NCBI RefSeq assembly: GCF_036321535.1
Contig: NC_087436.1
Location: 21,392,001 to 21,456,000 of the forward strand
DNA: 64,000 bases
Direction: 5' to 3'
DNA from: Camelus dromedarius
Lineage: Eukaryota
The first letter of the stretch is position 1, and every line of letters begins with the position of its first letter. Shown here one piece after another: positions 1-12,945 of the stretch. The notes below the pieces were generated by a model. The model made no database searches. It worked only from the letters and a program-made list of their open reading frames with translations, and was not told where the DNA came from. The position numbers were made by a program, and so were the translations under genes.

Positions 1-114
1 GGATGGTGGTACTACTGGCGTCTAATGGGGAGAGGTCAGGGACACTGCTAAACATCCTCCACAACAGAGTTATCCAGTTCAAAATGCCAGTCGTGCCAAG
101 GATGAGAAACCCTG
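1..114. mobile_element. MER20-like hAT-Charlie DNA transposon fragment
   Basis: Typical motifs ACTACTGGCGTCTAATGGGGAGAGGTCAGGGACACTGCTAAACATCC ... GAGAAACCCTG. Confidence 0.7.
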
Positions 115-2139
115 ATTTAGAGAAACTACCCCCTCAAATGGAAAGTTAGGCAGTTTTACTTTTGTAGAACACTTTGAGATCTTTGGATACAAAGTTGCTG
201 TGTAAGTTTTAAAAAGTCTTGTTGTTACAAGTCCCTGGGCCTCAGTGAAGCTTGCTGACAGGGTCTGACTCAGCTCCTTCCCACATTTTAAAGGGTTATC
301 TTTGCTCTCATTGGGATTTGTCTTTTTTTTTTTTTTAAAAGCTTGTTTTCCTTCCGAAAGCACTTTAAATTTTAAAGGGTTGATCCTGAACCACTTGGTT
401 ATCTAAGTCATTTCTGGCAGAGTTAGAAAGAGTCTTAAAGAGAACTCTTGCAACTGGTCTTGGTTCTAGACTAAAGGAGACATTTTCCAGAGGTCAAACA
501 ACAGGTGAGCCTTTAACAACGGTCCCCTTACTGGCTGACCCGGCAGCGTACCCCTGAGTGAAAGAGAGTTAGGTTAGTAAGAGCAAACTGAGTCTAAATT
601 TCATTGGCTCTTCTCTTTCTTTTGCTCCTGGAAAATTCTCTTCAGTGGTCCATTAGGATTCACACAGAGAATGACAAAGAGCGGAAAAAACAATTTCCAA
701 AGTAGACAGTCACAAGAATCAGATTTATTTTTTCTGGAACCATCCAGGAAAAAAAGAAAGCAACCATACAGACAAGACAGTTTTAAACCCAGCCTGCTTC
801 TGATTGAAGTCATTTCCTTTCTGCTAGGCTTTCAGAATTCGACTTCATCGTATCAAGTCTGTCTGAAAACCAGATTGGCGCATGAGGTATATTTGGCACT
901 CCTTGGACTTTGGCAGACTCAAGAAGATTTCAAATGTGTCAGAAATCTGGGAGGCCTGGGGAATGGAGAAATGGAGTTTATTTTCATGGAAAGTTGGTGG
1001 TGTACTTAGGTTGCTGAGAATATTTTCCCTATGAAAAGATGATTTAACTAAGGCTGAAGATGAGGGGAAAAAACTTAAACCACTGAAGATCAGGCTAAGA
1101 AATTGAATTTCTACCTAAGAAAATTTACTTTGGCATGGAAATATCTATTCCATTTTCCAAGGAAGAGCATCCTACCGGCCCTGTTAATATTATTTCATTA
1201 TTGTTCAATGAATTTCTTTAGTGGGTTACAAGAGTCATAGAAAAAATATTGCAGCTGGAGGGTACCACTGAAAAGCACTGAAGGGAGGTCCAAGGAGGCT
1301 GTTCTGAGAGTCAGGATGACAGCGAGAGAAGCAGGCTACCCCCGGTTGCTGTGAACTACAGCATTGCTCCCAGCCTTACCTTTGATGGCCCTTTGATAGA
1401 CATTTCTCTAGTTTTCTTCCTTCCAGTGTTTGAAGGAGGTAATGGGAATGTACACGGATCCTGGTGATGACACTAGCATTATGAGTACTGCTTGAGGGCT
1501 GGACCTCAAATGCTGAGAACTGACTGTTGGATTCCCAGAACATTTTGCACAATGATGTCTGGGATGCCAAGTCAGCAGAGTGACTGTCAGAGGAAACGTA
1601 GACAGCAGAAATCTGTTGGAAGAAGACGTTAAAAACTAGATATTTACACAGAGAATTTTGCAATAGCATCTTTGCCATGTTTGCCTTGTGGTGTGGTGGT
1701 GTTTACCTTGCCATAACTTTGTTATTCTTTATCTGTATTATTCTATAGCTTGAAAAAGTATTCTCTTGCTCCTTCTTAAAGGTAATCTCTCTTTGGTGTT
1801 GTATGATTCCTATAATCAGTTATGGGTTTGGGATTGGCAAAAATCCATGATTTATTAAGAAATCAGCAGTCACATCTATGTGCTTGTGTAGGTTTGTCCT
1901 CTTCCACATAGACTGAAATTAAAGAAGGAAGTAACTTGATCTGATTGGCAGAACATTAAGGTAGGAATGAGATTTCCCTTACAAGCTGGAGGTACAGACA
2001 GGGAGAAGAGTTAGCAGTGTGGCTCAGGAGTATTGATTATATCCACAGTGGGGAAAGAAAGCCTGTTAATAAGGGGAATTTTTTTTTTTAATGATGTTTA
2101 AAAAAAAATTGCTACTACCAAGTTAGGATAATGTTATCT

Positions 2140-2443
2140 TAAAGAAGCCCATAGTAAATATTTTAGGTTGTGGGCTGTATGAGCTCTCTAGCAACAACTT
2201 CACTCTGCCATTGCAGTATGAATGGAGCAGAGAGAATAAGGAAGTGAATGGGTGTGGCTGGGTTCCAATAAAATTTGATTTATGGACACTGAGATTTGAA
2301 TTTCGTGTAATTTTCACATTTCATAAAATAACATTCTTCTTTTGATTTTCTTCAACCATTTAAAGATCTAAAAACTGATCTTGGTTTGCAGACTGAGGTG
2401 ACATAGCAGAACTGGCATGTGGTCTGTAGTCTGCAGACCCCTG
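2140..2443. mobile_element. MER58B-like hAT-Charlie element
   Basis: GTAAATATTTTAGG...CACTCTGCCATTGCAG...TTCCAATAAAATTTGATTTATGGACACTGAGATTTGAATTTC...GACCCCTG. Confidence 0.7.
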
Positions 2444-2454
2444 ATGAAGAGAAA

Positions 2455-2645
2455 AACACAGTGATTTTGGGAATTAGACTCGGGTTAAAAATCTGGCTCC
2501 ACCGAAAACTAACAAATCGCTTGATCTGGCTGAGGGCAGATCACTTTTCTAAGTTGGTTACTTCATGTGGAAAATGGAGAGAGAAAAGTCTCCCATTCCT
2601 GGTTATTGTGACTATAAAAAAGGTAACGTAAATAAAATGCCTGAT
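2455..2645 (+). mobile_element. MIR SINE, degraded
   Basis: Degenerate MIR core (GGGCAGATCACTT...CTTCATGTGGAAAATGGAGA). Confidence 0.45.
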
Positions 2646-3317
2646 ACTCTGCTCTTCCCGTAACAAATGATAACATGATAATAAAAATCATCTTAATTAT
2701 CAAATTTTCTCAAGTCGGCTACTTTAGTTTAATTTGACCAGGATTTCTTCATCCAGATGCATTTCTGTAGTCTCCTGCTGGAGTCTATAGATCCAGACTC
2801 AGTAGGTCTGATCCCCAACTATGTATCCTTTCCCACATGAACAGATTAATAAACATTCAAAGCATGTTTTTCTGGAAGCTTCTTACATTGCTCCAGGGAG
2901 AAGCCTGTCACTTTCAAATTGCAGTGTAAACCTGGGAGTTGCTGAGTTCCTGGTTTGCCTTTCTTGTAGGACTTGGCGGGACAAGAGTCTTTGGTTTCAC
3001 TTTCAGGCCTTATGTTTGTGACAGAGGAGGAGATGGCTACGAGACGATTGTTTGCTTGGCTTTCACTAGATAATACAAATGAGTGCTTGGGAGAAACTTT
3101 ATTCAGAGTAAGTCTCCACATCTAATTCTTTAAGGTACAAGCATTTCTCCAACCCCATAATTTGTGAAAATTACTTCCCACGAGAGCTTCCAGCCTCCAG
3201 AGCTATATTTGGCTGAACCCAGACGCTAATTAGACTTCCCATCTGAAGGAGAGACCTGTTTCTCCATCTCTTCTTCTGACTGTACCACATCAAATTTTGA
3301 AGGACAGTATGATCTAT

Positions 3318-3565
3318 GGGCCAGGACTAGGATAAGACAAGCAGGACACTTGCCTTGGGTACAAAATTTAAGAAGTGCCCCAGACTTGGTAATCAAGATA
3401 AATGATATTTTAATGCAATATTAAAAAAAAATCAAAATCCAGTTGAACAGAATCCAATTGAACAAAAATTCAAACTTTTCAAAAATTTAAATAATTAGGT
3501 CCAGTAACGGTGCTGGCCAAACCCTATTTGAGCTTAAGGCAAAAGGAAAAATCAGTAACACTGAT
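3318..3565. mobile_element. hAT-Tip100 (Zaphod/MER91-like) fragment
   Basis: Terminus GGGCCAGGACTAGGATAAGACAAGCAGGACACTTGCCTTGGGTACAAAATTTAAG. Confidence 0.5.
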
Positions 3566-5016
3566 GCAATAAATCTTAGTTAGACTCCTTCACTACTCTG
3601 TCTCCCTTGGAGGCGGTGCCTGAAATTTTTACTATAATTTAAAACATTGACTTAGAAACTGAGTGGGTTCTGTTGCACTGTTTTCCTGTCTTCACTGCTT
3701 CCTTGCTCTCTCTCCACATTCTCTTTTTTGACTCTTCTCTCCTTTTGTTTCTATTATCATCCACTCACTTTTTTTTTTTTTTTTACTTTCTTTCTGCACG
3801 TGAGCTTTGACCTGTTTACTCATCCTCAGTTTCTACAAGGAAAACAATCAAAGAGCTCTTTCATTTATAATCATTGCGTGGTTTCCCGTCAGTCAATACT
3901 AATTCTAAGGCAAAGATGCCTTTCACGGATGGTGGTTTATGTCCTCTTGGCTTGAAGCCAACGTGGTGACCTCTCTAACAATTCTCATAGTTCCCTTGGG
4001 TGTGGAAACCTCCAATCAGGGAAACATTGAGCTACGTGAGAGCTGATAAACCACAATAAGTTCGAAGGATTTCCCTTTATACTATCAGTGGCGCTCATAG
4101 AGTAAGTGTTCATGAATGCATGGGGCCACTCGTCCCTGACTCCTGACAGTTACCAGCACATTCCTGAGACAGGAGGCTTTGAGAACCAAATGTTTGAAGT
4201 AAGCACCATTGGGATGCGCGGGCCTATTAATGTGGCAGTATCTGGCGTGTATAATCTGAACAAAAGCTCCCTTCCTCTTTCTTAATCTTTATCCCAGATG
4301 AGAGCATGGCTCAGTACCAAGAAAGTTTTCAGTTTTTCTTCCCAGGAAAGTTAAGCCAGAAGCACAGAATGCCACAGGGAAGTGACCATGGGAATAGAAG
4401 TCAGAGCCGTCCTATATTCCGTGCAGTAGCTGGAGCACCACGGAGACACAACAGCTGATGAACAATTTTAAATGCGAGCAATTTTATGGACACTGATTAA
4501 ATCCAGCCCTGGGATTCTAGAGCAGCTCATCAGACAGAATCATGATTTGAGAATATTTTTGCTATTCTCCAGTGTTGAAAAATTTATTTACTTTGTCTGT
4601 TGCCCAAGGGTATATATATAAGTGAGAGTTCCTTTAGCCCAAAAGTTTCCAAAAGTTTAAGCTCTAAAACAGTAAAATAAACATGTCATATATTTATTCG
4701 CATGTTGTCCAAACACACACCAAGTGCTTTTTGTGGTTGGTTTGAAGTTTTGATTCTGGTCTTCTGTATTTATTTATCTTTCTTTTAAGGAACAGGGTGA
4801 ATATCCTGTGCTAGGATAGGGTGAGGGTTGGGGGAGGTGGCTCTTTCCAGATGATGGGAGAAATCGAATTTAGTTCCTCCAGGCTTGGAAAGCTTCCTGC
4901 ATTAAGTAGAATTAGACATGAGCTTGGACAGGGCAAAAAAAAAAGGGGAGTTCTCAAGAAGCCTTTTCAGCCAGATGAGAATAGTGGCTTTTGGAGGTCA
5001 ATCCAAGGGAAAGAGA

Positions 5017-5185
5017 GAGCTGTGTTCTCAAACTTGAGCATCCATCAGGATCACCTGGAGGGATCGTTAAACCAGGCATTGCTGGGCCCCACCCTTGGAG
5101 TTTCTGATTCAGCAGGTCCAGGTGAGGCAAGATCCCAGACGATGCTGCTGCTGTGATCCAGAGACCACAGTTTGAGAATGACTAG
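5017..5185. mobile_element. MER5A-like hAT-Charlie MITE
   Basis: GTTCTCAAACTTGAGCATCCATCAGGATCACCTGGAG...GGGCCCCACCC...TTTCTGATTCAGCAGGTC...TTTGAGAATGACTAG. Confidence 0.75.
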
Positions 5186-5606
5186 TACCGATCGAGTACA
5201 AGTTCCTTACTTTTTACTGCATTTGAGACTCTTGGGGATTTGAAGAAAGCTGTCAGAGCCCCCCTGGAAAACTGCACAAACGAAAATGGGAAATTTGGGA
5301 TCTAGTTTCTGGATTCAGGTGATCCGGATTAAGGACATTCCTTTGGTATCGCTACACTTGAGATGCCCTCCCACCATGATTCTTCAGGTAGGGACTTCAT
5401 CCATTCATTCCACCAAGCCTTGTAAGAAGAGATGTGATGTTGATTTTAGGGATCACTTAAGGCCCCTGGATTTTAGTAACATTTTTAAAGATAGAAAAGT
5501 TTTCGTAGGAAAAATAAAATCATTAAAAAAAACCTCAATACTTAAAACTATGTAAATGTTTTTACAAAATTTGTTCTGGTGCCCTATGGGTACTCAATTC
5601 ATTTTT

Positions 5607-5719
5607 TATTTTTAAAGTTTATTCTTTTTTTTTTTTTTCCTTTAGTGGAGGCACTGGGAAATGAACCCAGGACCTTGTGCATGCTAAGCATGTGCTCTAC
5701 CACAGAGATATACCCTCCC
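5607..5719 (-). mobile_element. Camelid tRNA-derived SINE (vic-1-like), short form
   Basis: Reverse complement gives a tRNA-like head with A/B boxes plus poly(A). 15-bp TSD ACTCAATTCATTTTT at 5592-5606 and 5720-5734. Confidence 0.85.
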
Positions 5720-7411
5720 ACTCAATTCATTTTTAAATAAATCAAAACTATAATCCTCCTCTAAAGAAAGTTGACCTTAGAAGCATGAAGAAAACCTGCA
5801 GTATTCAGAAGAAACGTTGAGTACATGCATTTTAAGTGTTGTATGCCTGTTTCAAGCAATTGTTGAAGGGAGGGAGGGAATTTCCAGTTAGTAAGTAAAG
5901 AAAAGCTAAGTCTCTCAGAATTTCGTCAATCACAGGCCATGTGCAAGGAGAGAGAGCACAGAAAACTGCAAAGAGACACGTGTTTTTGGTCAGAAGACAT
6001 AATCTTGCATGCAAGCACTGACATTGACTAGCTCGGTAATCCTGCAAAAACTGCAGGAGTCCCTTCTGGGGCCCCAGCTTCCTTTTCTGTAAAATGAATA
6101 TGTTATCTATCTCACAGTTCCTTGTGAAGATAAGATATTCATGTGAACTTGCCTAGCATAGAGATGTCACTCAATACTTTTACCATGGCTCTGTTCTATC
6201 CCCTTCGATCCTTTCAGGTGTTCTTTGCTCAGTACTTGGATGGTTTTCTCCCTTGCTTGTGTTCATCAGAATTCTGCTGAATTCTCAAGGGGAACTCTCC
6301 GCAGAACTCAGGGGTTCTCTCTCCATGCAGCTGTCCTCCCTCTGGTGTTTGGTCCTGTGGACTCTGGCCACGTTGGTCTCCTGGGACTTTCTTACATCTC
6401 AGCTGAGGGAGTCTCCTGGATCTGCTTGAGTTCCCCCTCTGCTCCTCCAGCTAGAAACTCTCTCAGAGCAGTAGGCTGAGCCTTGTGCTTAGCGTGTGAC
6501 TGAACAGTGTAACTCCTCCACCCACAGCTTTCAGAGGCCCCCTGACATTTGCACCAAAGAGGGAGTCTCTTTTCAGTGGAAGACTGGTGCTGATTGTTAC
6601 TAATGGTAGACTCCTGGTGGTGGTGGTGGGGAGACAAAGGTTGTTGTCAGTTATCCGGGTCCAGCCTTAGTCTTAGGCAAGCCTGTGACCCTGGAACTCA
6701 GAGGCTAGAGCTTTCTCAGCACTCCCCCAGGGTAGCCAAGCTCTACATTGTGTACATGGTGGTCTTACCCCCCCTCCAGGGGTGGGAGACCTCTAGTTCG
6801 TATCAGTACAGGAAGCTGAGCCCAGGAGGCATACCTGTGCTTTTCTCAGGAGCAGAGGGCTTTTATTTCTACTATTCCTTCAAGCTGTAGGTCTTTTACA
6901 AGGGTTGCTGCTCCTAACCAAGTGGTCCCCAGCTTTTGCTTCATATGAAAGAGGGTCTAGAAAAGCAGGCCATGTTTTATGCTTTTCCTTCCAGCATCAG
7001 TCAATTATTGCACATCAGCAAGGGCTTTTTTGGAGTCTTCTGCCCTGTGCTTAGTTTTTCTTATGAAGACCTGGTGGAAACCTGCAGAAAAGAAGTTGCA
7101 AGTGAGTGCAGATTCTCCTTGTGTCAGGGGCTCCCAGTTACTATGAACTGATCCATTAGCACCGACTCAGTCTTTAAGAATTTATTAAGTAATATTAGTT
7201 GATTTCTTCTTATCCCCCTTTATGGCAGTCACCTCTTCTATTCCTGCTCTCTCAGAATCAATAGTCCTGCCTCTAACTGTCACTCTTTGAATTCAGTTTG
7301 CTTGGTTGTCTTGTGACCTCAGTGCCTTTAGTAAGTTGGAGAAAAGTTATAATTTTACTGATTGTCCAACTTTTCTTGTTAGAATAGGAGCAACCTTGTC
7401 CAGCACCTATC

Positions 7412-7571
7412 TTTTTTTTTTTTTTTTTTTTTTTTTTTAGTTTTTATTTTTGGTGGGGGGAAGTAGTTAGGTTTATTTATGTATTTAGTCTTAGAGGAGG
7501 TACCGGGGATTGAACCCAGGACCACATGCATGCTAAGCATGCGCTCTACCACTTGAGCTATACCCTCCCCC
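7412..7571 (-). mobile_element. Camelid tRNA-derived SINE (vic-1-like), long form with a ~27-nt poly(A)
   Basis: Minus strand reads GGGGGAGGGTATAGCTCAAGTGGTAGAGCGCATGCTTAGCATGCATGTGGTCCTGGGTTCAATCCCCGGTACCTCC followed by a tail. Confidence 0.88.
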
Positions 7572-7699
7572 TAAAAGTTTTTGACATCCTAAGCACAAGC
7601 AGAACACTCTTCCTTTTCTTTAAATGTATTAAACATGGTCATTTTATATTCTGTGTCTGATAATGCAGCAGTCAAACAGTATAAATTTCAAATAATATA

Positions 7700-8513
7700 A
7701 ATTCCCTCACTAGGAAATATATACACAAACACATATACAGATTTGTTATAGGGAATTCACTTACATAATTTAGGGAGCTGGTTAAGTAGCCCCTGCAAGG
7801 CTGTTGTCTCTGCTTTCGAACCTGGAGCTTTAAGTCCACAGGGTGGGAAACGAAGACCATAAGCAGGCCAGAACTCACCAGCATGATATGGAATCCTACG
7901 AGGGTGGCCCGATACACTTGTTCATTTCACCTCTGTTATTGGTGACAACGGTATTCTGCAGAAGCTTGGGTCCTTTGTCAGAGGACTATATACGTACTCT
8001 TTGGCTAGAAGAGCTAGAGAAGGATGGAGGGGAAGGGAGAGCAATTGCAGGCCCTGCTGATCCGTCCCATCGAGGTGGGTCAGCAAAGCAGCAAGGTGTG
8101 TGCCCTCCAAAACGGCACTCTAACTGCTGTGTATAAAATAGATAAACAACATGTTTCTCCTGTATATATCACGGGGAACTACATTTCAATATCTGGTAGT
8201 AACTTATGGTAAAAAAGAATATGAAAACAAATATGTATAAGTTCCCATGTGACTGAAGAAGCATTGTGCTGTATGCCAGAAACTGACACAGCATTGTAAA
8301 CTGACTATTCTTCAATAAAGATATATATTAAAAAGGCTCATTTTAAAACTGAATAATTTTAGTAATACCTGCTTTGTATTATAGTACTATGATTAGAAGT
8401 TTAAGAATATGGAGGCTTAAGGACCTCCCTGCATCCTATCCTAACAGGAAGCATTCAAGAAAGGGAATTCTGGGAAGAGCACTTCAGCCAGGTGACACAT
8501 CCCAAAGCCACCA
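7700..8513. mobile_element. MLT2-like ERVL LTR interrupted by an L1 3' end
   Basis: GATTTGTTATAGGGAATTCACTTACATAATTTAGGGAGCTGG... and terminal AGGGAATTCTGGGAAG...CAGCCAGGTGACACAT. Confidence 0.5.
8120..8334 (+). mobile_element. L1 3'UTR fragment (camelid/cetartiodactyl type)
   Basis: ATAAAATAGATAAACAAC...GGGAACTACATTTCAATATC...CATTGTAAACTGACTATTCTTCAATAAA. Confidence 0.75.
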
Positions 8514-9420
8514 GAGATAACTCCACAATCTGAATTTATTATAGGACTGTTTTGTGGACCATATTGTTCCACTAGTTCTCATTCTTGGTGGCTTTTTCCT
8601 TATGTATTTTGTTATTTTTGACTGTGGGCCATTCATTTTCCTTGACTTTTGTTTGTGGGAATTCTTATAGGCTTGGTTGGAAGTTGGCTTTTTGCCGAGT
8701 GTGTTTTTATTTGCTCCTTCCGGGAACCTGGGGGTGTTATCAGTAAGGAATTATGTCACGCTGAATTCTTGGCTTGAGGTTTTTACCCTACACGTGTTGT
8801 ATGAATTCAGGTACAAACCCACAATGAGGACTGAATTGTGGATCCAAATTCTTAGCATCATTCCGCACCCCCCCGATACAGTGCCAATTTTGAGAGAATT
8901 GATTTTTCTTGCAATTCTTTGGAGTTGAGAACAGACTTACTTCTAGTTCACCTTCACACTAAGAATATAGCCCCCTGTTTCCCAGAGTCATGTTGGGGAG
9001 GGGAGGAACTATAGTTTTAGATGTCTACATTTGCTTGTCCCTGGGTTTTATTTCACTTCCCCATTTTAGTATTAACAGAAAGACACATCTGAAGGAAATA
9101 TTTTTAAAAGCATAGTTGAGAGTGAAAATTTACTATACCTTAGCTAATATAGATCTCAGGAAATGAACAATTTGATGCAATCTTCTTTCTGGATATTTAA
9201 GAGTTAATTTAGAATTTAAATATTAAAATTTGAACTATTTTAAGTGAAAATATTTCTAAAATATCTGCCTGTCATGTATCATAGGGAGTGCCAAATATAA
9301 TTTATGCTTTTTGTGCTTACTTGGAATAACCATTTTAAGTATTCTTAAAGTTCTAATCATAACAGTAATCCTACAAAGCAGGTAATGTATTACTAAAATT
9401 ATTCATTTAAAAAAACCCAC

Positions 9421-9622
9421 AAAAATTGTAGAACAGATAAACAAGATTATACTGTATAGCACAGGGAAATATACACAAGATCTTATGGTAGCTCACAGAG
9501 AAAAAAATGTGACAATGAATATGTATATGTTCATGTATAACTGAAAAATTGTGCTAAACACTGGAATTTGACACAACATTGCAAAATGATTATAAATCAA
9601 TAAAAAATGTTAAAAAAAAAAA
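9421..9622 (+). mobile_element. Young camelid-type L1 3' end
   Basis: Closely similar to 14633-14829. Ends AATAAAAAATGTT plus poly(A). Confidence 0.85.
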
Positions 9623-9811
9623 CAACTTTAAATTGAAGTTTGGAGAGTACTTGGAGTAAGAAAGGATAAAAAAAATTTCCAGATGATAATTTTTTTATGA
9701 TAATTTGTTTATGAATGAGATCTATAATTATATTTTAGAAGATGCATTCTCTCATGGGTATTTTTTGCGGATATTTAGTCTTGACTTGAGTGACCACTGA
9801 AGAAAAATACC

Positions 9812-10040
9812 AACAGCTTACATTTATTGAGTGCTCACTGTTTACCAGCATCGTTCTCAATGCTTTAATCCTCACAAAACTGTTATGTGGTTAGTGCTAT
9901 TTTTATTTCCATTTTATAGTTAAGAAACTGAGGTACAAGGAAGTTAAGTAGCCTGTTAAAGGCCACACAGTCAATATGTAAAAAGGTTGAAATATGCGCC
10001 CAGGAAGCTGGCTCCAGAGCCGGTGCCTTTAACACTGCAC
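9812..10040 (-). mobile_element. MIR SINE
   Basis: CATTTATTGAGTGCTCACT...CCATTTTATAGTTAAGAAACTGAGG...AAGGCCACACAG. Confidence 0.8.
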
Positions 10041-10149
10041 TAGGCAGCCTGGCAGGATGCTGTCCCAGCAGTGAGGAGATGGCGGGAGAGCTGTGTCTTC
10101 TCTGCTGCTGCAGGCAGAGCACTTGTACTGTTTTCTTTTCCCATCTTCC

Positions 10150-11200
10150 TAGTGGGAAAGATTTCAAATCTACAGAAAATTTGCAAGATGAGGATAAGGA
10201 ACAACTGTATATATTTTAAATCTTTTGCTTCTTTCTTTCTCTGTCTTTGAGCCATCTGCAGACATCATAATCATTCAACCCTTAGGCGACACAAGCTGTA
10301 TTTTCTAAGAACAAAAATATTCTCTTATTATGGTCTATTATCAGATTTCTGTAATTGTCTGAATACTATCCTTATAGCTTTACTTTTTAAAGTCCAGGAT
10401 CCAATAAAGGATAACTTATTATGTTTGGTTATTGTGCTTTTTTAGCCCCTAACTGGAGTACTTTCCTATCCTTTTTTTCCTTTCATGATGTTGACTTTTT
10501 TTTTTTTTTATGTCTGGACCAGTTATTTTTGTAGATTGTCCTTCAGTTTGGACTTGTTTAATTTCTTCCTTGTGATTAGATGCAGGTAACACGTTATTGA
10601 AAGAAATGCTATCCAGGTGACGTGGGTCCTTCTAAGTGAGTCACGTCAGGGGCACACAATGTCTGTTTGTCCCATTATCGGTAATGTTGAACTTGACTAT
10701 TTGGTTAAAGTCGTTGCTGCCAGACGTCTGCCTGAGGTGCAGAAGACCTTTTTCCTTTCAAATTAATAATTCATGTTGGGGTGAAACCTTGTGACTATGT
10801 AAATATTTTTTCCCAAAGAATCTTGTACGCAGTAAGTTTGGCACCCATTTTTGGTTCTTGTTGAATCAGGTATTACGGTAGTGACTGTGTAAGTGGGGAT
10901 TTTCTACCTCCATCATGCCTTTGCGTTTTTTTTTTCTGTAAAGAATAACTCCTCCTCCACTTGGACTTTCTATAAGTTTTGTGTTGTTTTTAATCAGTGT
11001 AACTATGCCTTCTTGGATCCTTTTTCTTCACTGTAAGACCCACTTCGGTCAGGACTCACTCTGATGAATGCTCTGTCTGGAGTATTGCTAGTGGTGGCCC
11101 CTGCCTTCCGACCCCAGGCTTTTGACGTGCCTCATTAGTCTTGAGCACTATCTTACTTTCTGGCGCTTTCTTACTTCTCTACAATGAGACAAGCCAGGCT
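10150..11200 (-). mobile_element. Ancient L1 (L1MC/L1ME-type) 3' region
   Basis: TTTCAAATCTACAGAAAATTTGCAAG, TCCAGGATCCAAT and GATTAGATGCAGG motifs typical of old L1M 3'UTRs. Confidence 0.55.
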
Positions 11201-11399
11201 CATGGAAGTCCTATTCAGGGTCTTCTATTTTTGCTCATGACACAACTGTCCATTCCTAGATTCAGATCTTTCCCAATTTCTTCCCTTATCTTCTCTCCTT
11301 ACTTTTGCTAGTTTCCCTTGATTCTTGCATTTACTTTAGCCATTGTGCTGACACAGTGGCCTTTTATACACGTCACAGGCGCTCAGAATGCATCATTTA

Positions 11400-11928
11400 T
11401 ACCAATAAAAGCTTGGCCCAAGCTATACTCTGAAATTGCCCTCCTGTCTTGTCCACTGCTTCCCTCTTGCCTCCTACAATCCGTTCTTCTAAAAGCGGGC
11501 AGAACAACCTTTTAAAAACATAAATAAGACATTAGTGACTTCTCTGTGTAAAACCCTCCAGTGGCATCCAACTTCATGCCGAATAAGAACAGAACTTCCT
11601 CCTAGGCTACTACGTTCTTTTCACATCTTACCTCTTACCGCTTTCTTTCTTGCTCCCAGGCTTTAGCCTTTGTCCATCAACACGCTAAGTTTATTTTTAC
11701 CTTGGAGCCCTAGTCCTTGGATTGTCTGTCTCTGGGATGCGTGTCCTTGGATCTTTGCAGGGGATACTCCTCATTACCCAGTTTTGGCTTAAAGGCCTTC
11801 CCTGTTCGACCATCCAAACGAGGCCTTGTCTGTCTTATTTACTGCCATCCCCTTACCTCCTTGAATGAGATGCATTACAGATGGTAAATAAGTATTTGTT
11901 GAATGAATCAATAAGTAAATGAATGAAT
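11400..11928. mobile_element. L2 LINE 3' fragment
   Basis: AAAACCCTCCAGTGGCATCC... ending ATAAGTATTTGTTGAATGAAT...GAATGAAT. Confidence 0.7.
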
Positions 11929-12048
11929 AAATCATATATAGCACATCAGAATATCAAATATGATGTGTGGAGATTGCAGGAGTTTTTGCTTTTGTTCTCT
12001 TGTTTTGCTAGAAGCTCAGGTATTATCACTATTGTTATATTATTATTA

Positions 12049-12050
<2 letters not shown>

Positions 12051-12098
<48 letters not shown>
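12051..12098. repeat. (TG)24 perfect microsatellite
   Basis: Read directly. Confidence 0.98.
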
Positions 12099-12100
<2 letters not shown>

Positions 12101-12721
12101 TGTGCAGGAAGGGAGGGGTCAGTGTTACTTCCAGGTTCAAATCCACTGTGAAAACCTTAGGATTCTGGAAGGCTGTAAGGCTACTCTTTCTGCTTGTGAG
12201 ACCAGCTTTGCAGAGAGGACTGTGTCTCTTAATGCTACAACCCACACCTCTAGAATGTTTAGGTATTAAATAAGAATCTATTTTAATTATACTTTCATCT
12301 TCCATTTTCTGTGAAGCCGGTTCATCTCCAGAAATAAGATAGGTCCCAGGAAGAATATTTTATGAGTTATTCATGTATAGTTTAATTCAAATCAATACTA
12401 AATAGACTTAAGAGCCCTGCATCTTTCAGATGAAAAAAATGCATGATAAAGCCTAGCGTTGTTTGATGGTGGATACATATGACAGCTAATGAGCTAGGAC
12501 TCAGCTGCTCTTTTGCCTCTGTCTCCATATTTGGTTATTTCCTAACATGTGGACAAATACTATCTGAGTCTTTAAGTTTGTTTTGGATGTTTAGGTTTTC
12601 CCCTAGGGTTTTGTTTGGCAAATCATTTTTTTTTCCTTAGCCCTCCAGGTTCTTAGTCATAGGTATATCTAGAAATAATGCTGAAAACTTTTATTACTTC
12701 TTCAAATACAGTGATAATTAA

Positions 12722-12945
12722 GGGTTAAGGTTTGATATTAACAAATACACACTACTATTTATAAAACAGATAAACAACAAGGACCTACAGTATAGCACAG
12801 GGAACTATATTTAATATAACAAACTACAATGGAAAAGAATCTGAAAAAGAATAGATGTGTATGCATAACTAATCACTTTACTGTGTACCTGAAACTAGAA
12901 ATCAACTATACAATGAAATCAACTACATTTCAATAGAAGGAAAAG
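12722..12945 (+). mobile_element. Cetartiodactyl L1 3'UTR fragment
   Basis: CAGATAAACAACAAGGACCTACAGTATAGCACAGGGAACTATAT...GGAAAAGAATCTGAAAAAGAA. Confidence 0.8.

Noticed and set aside
7490..7571. tRNA-like sequences with A/B boxes (also near 5650, 32910, 34085, 44710, 54785) as tRNA genes
   Set aside because: Poly(A) tails, TSDs and mutual divergence identify them as SINE heads.
11923..12305. ORFs with CVCV/HTHT runs (also 47659..47868)
   Set aside because: They are translations of (TG)n microsatellites.
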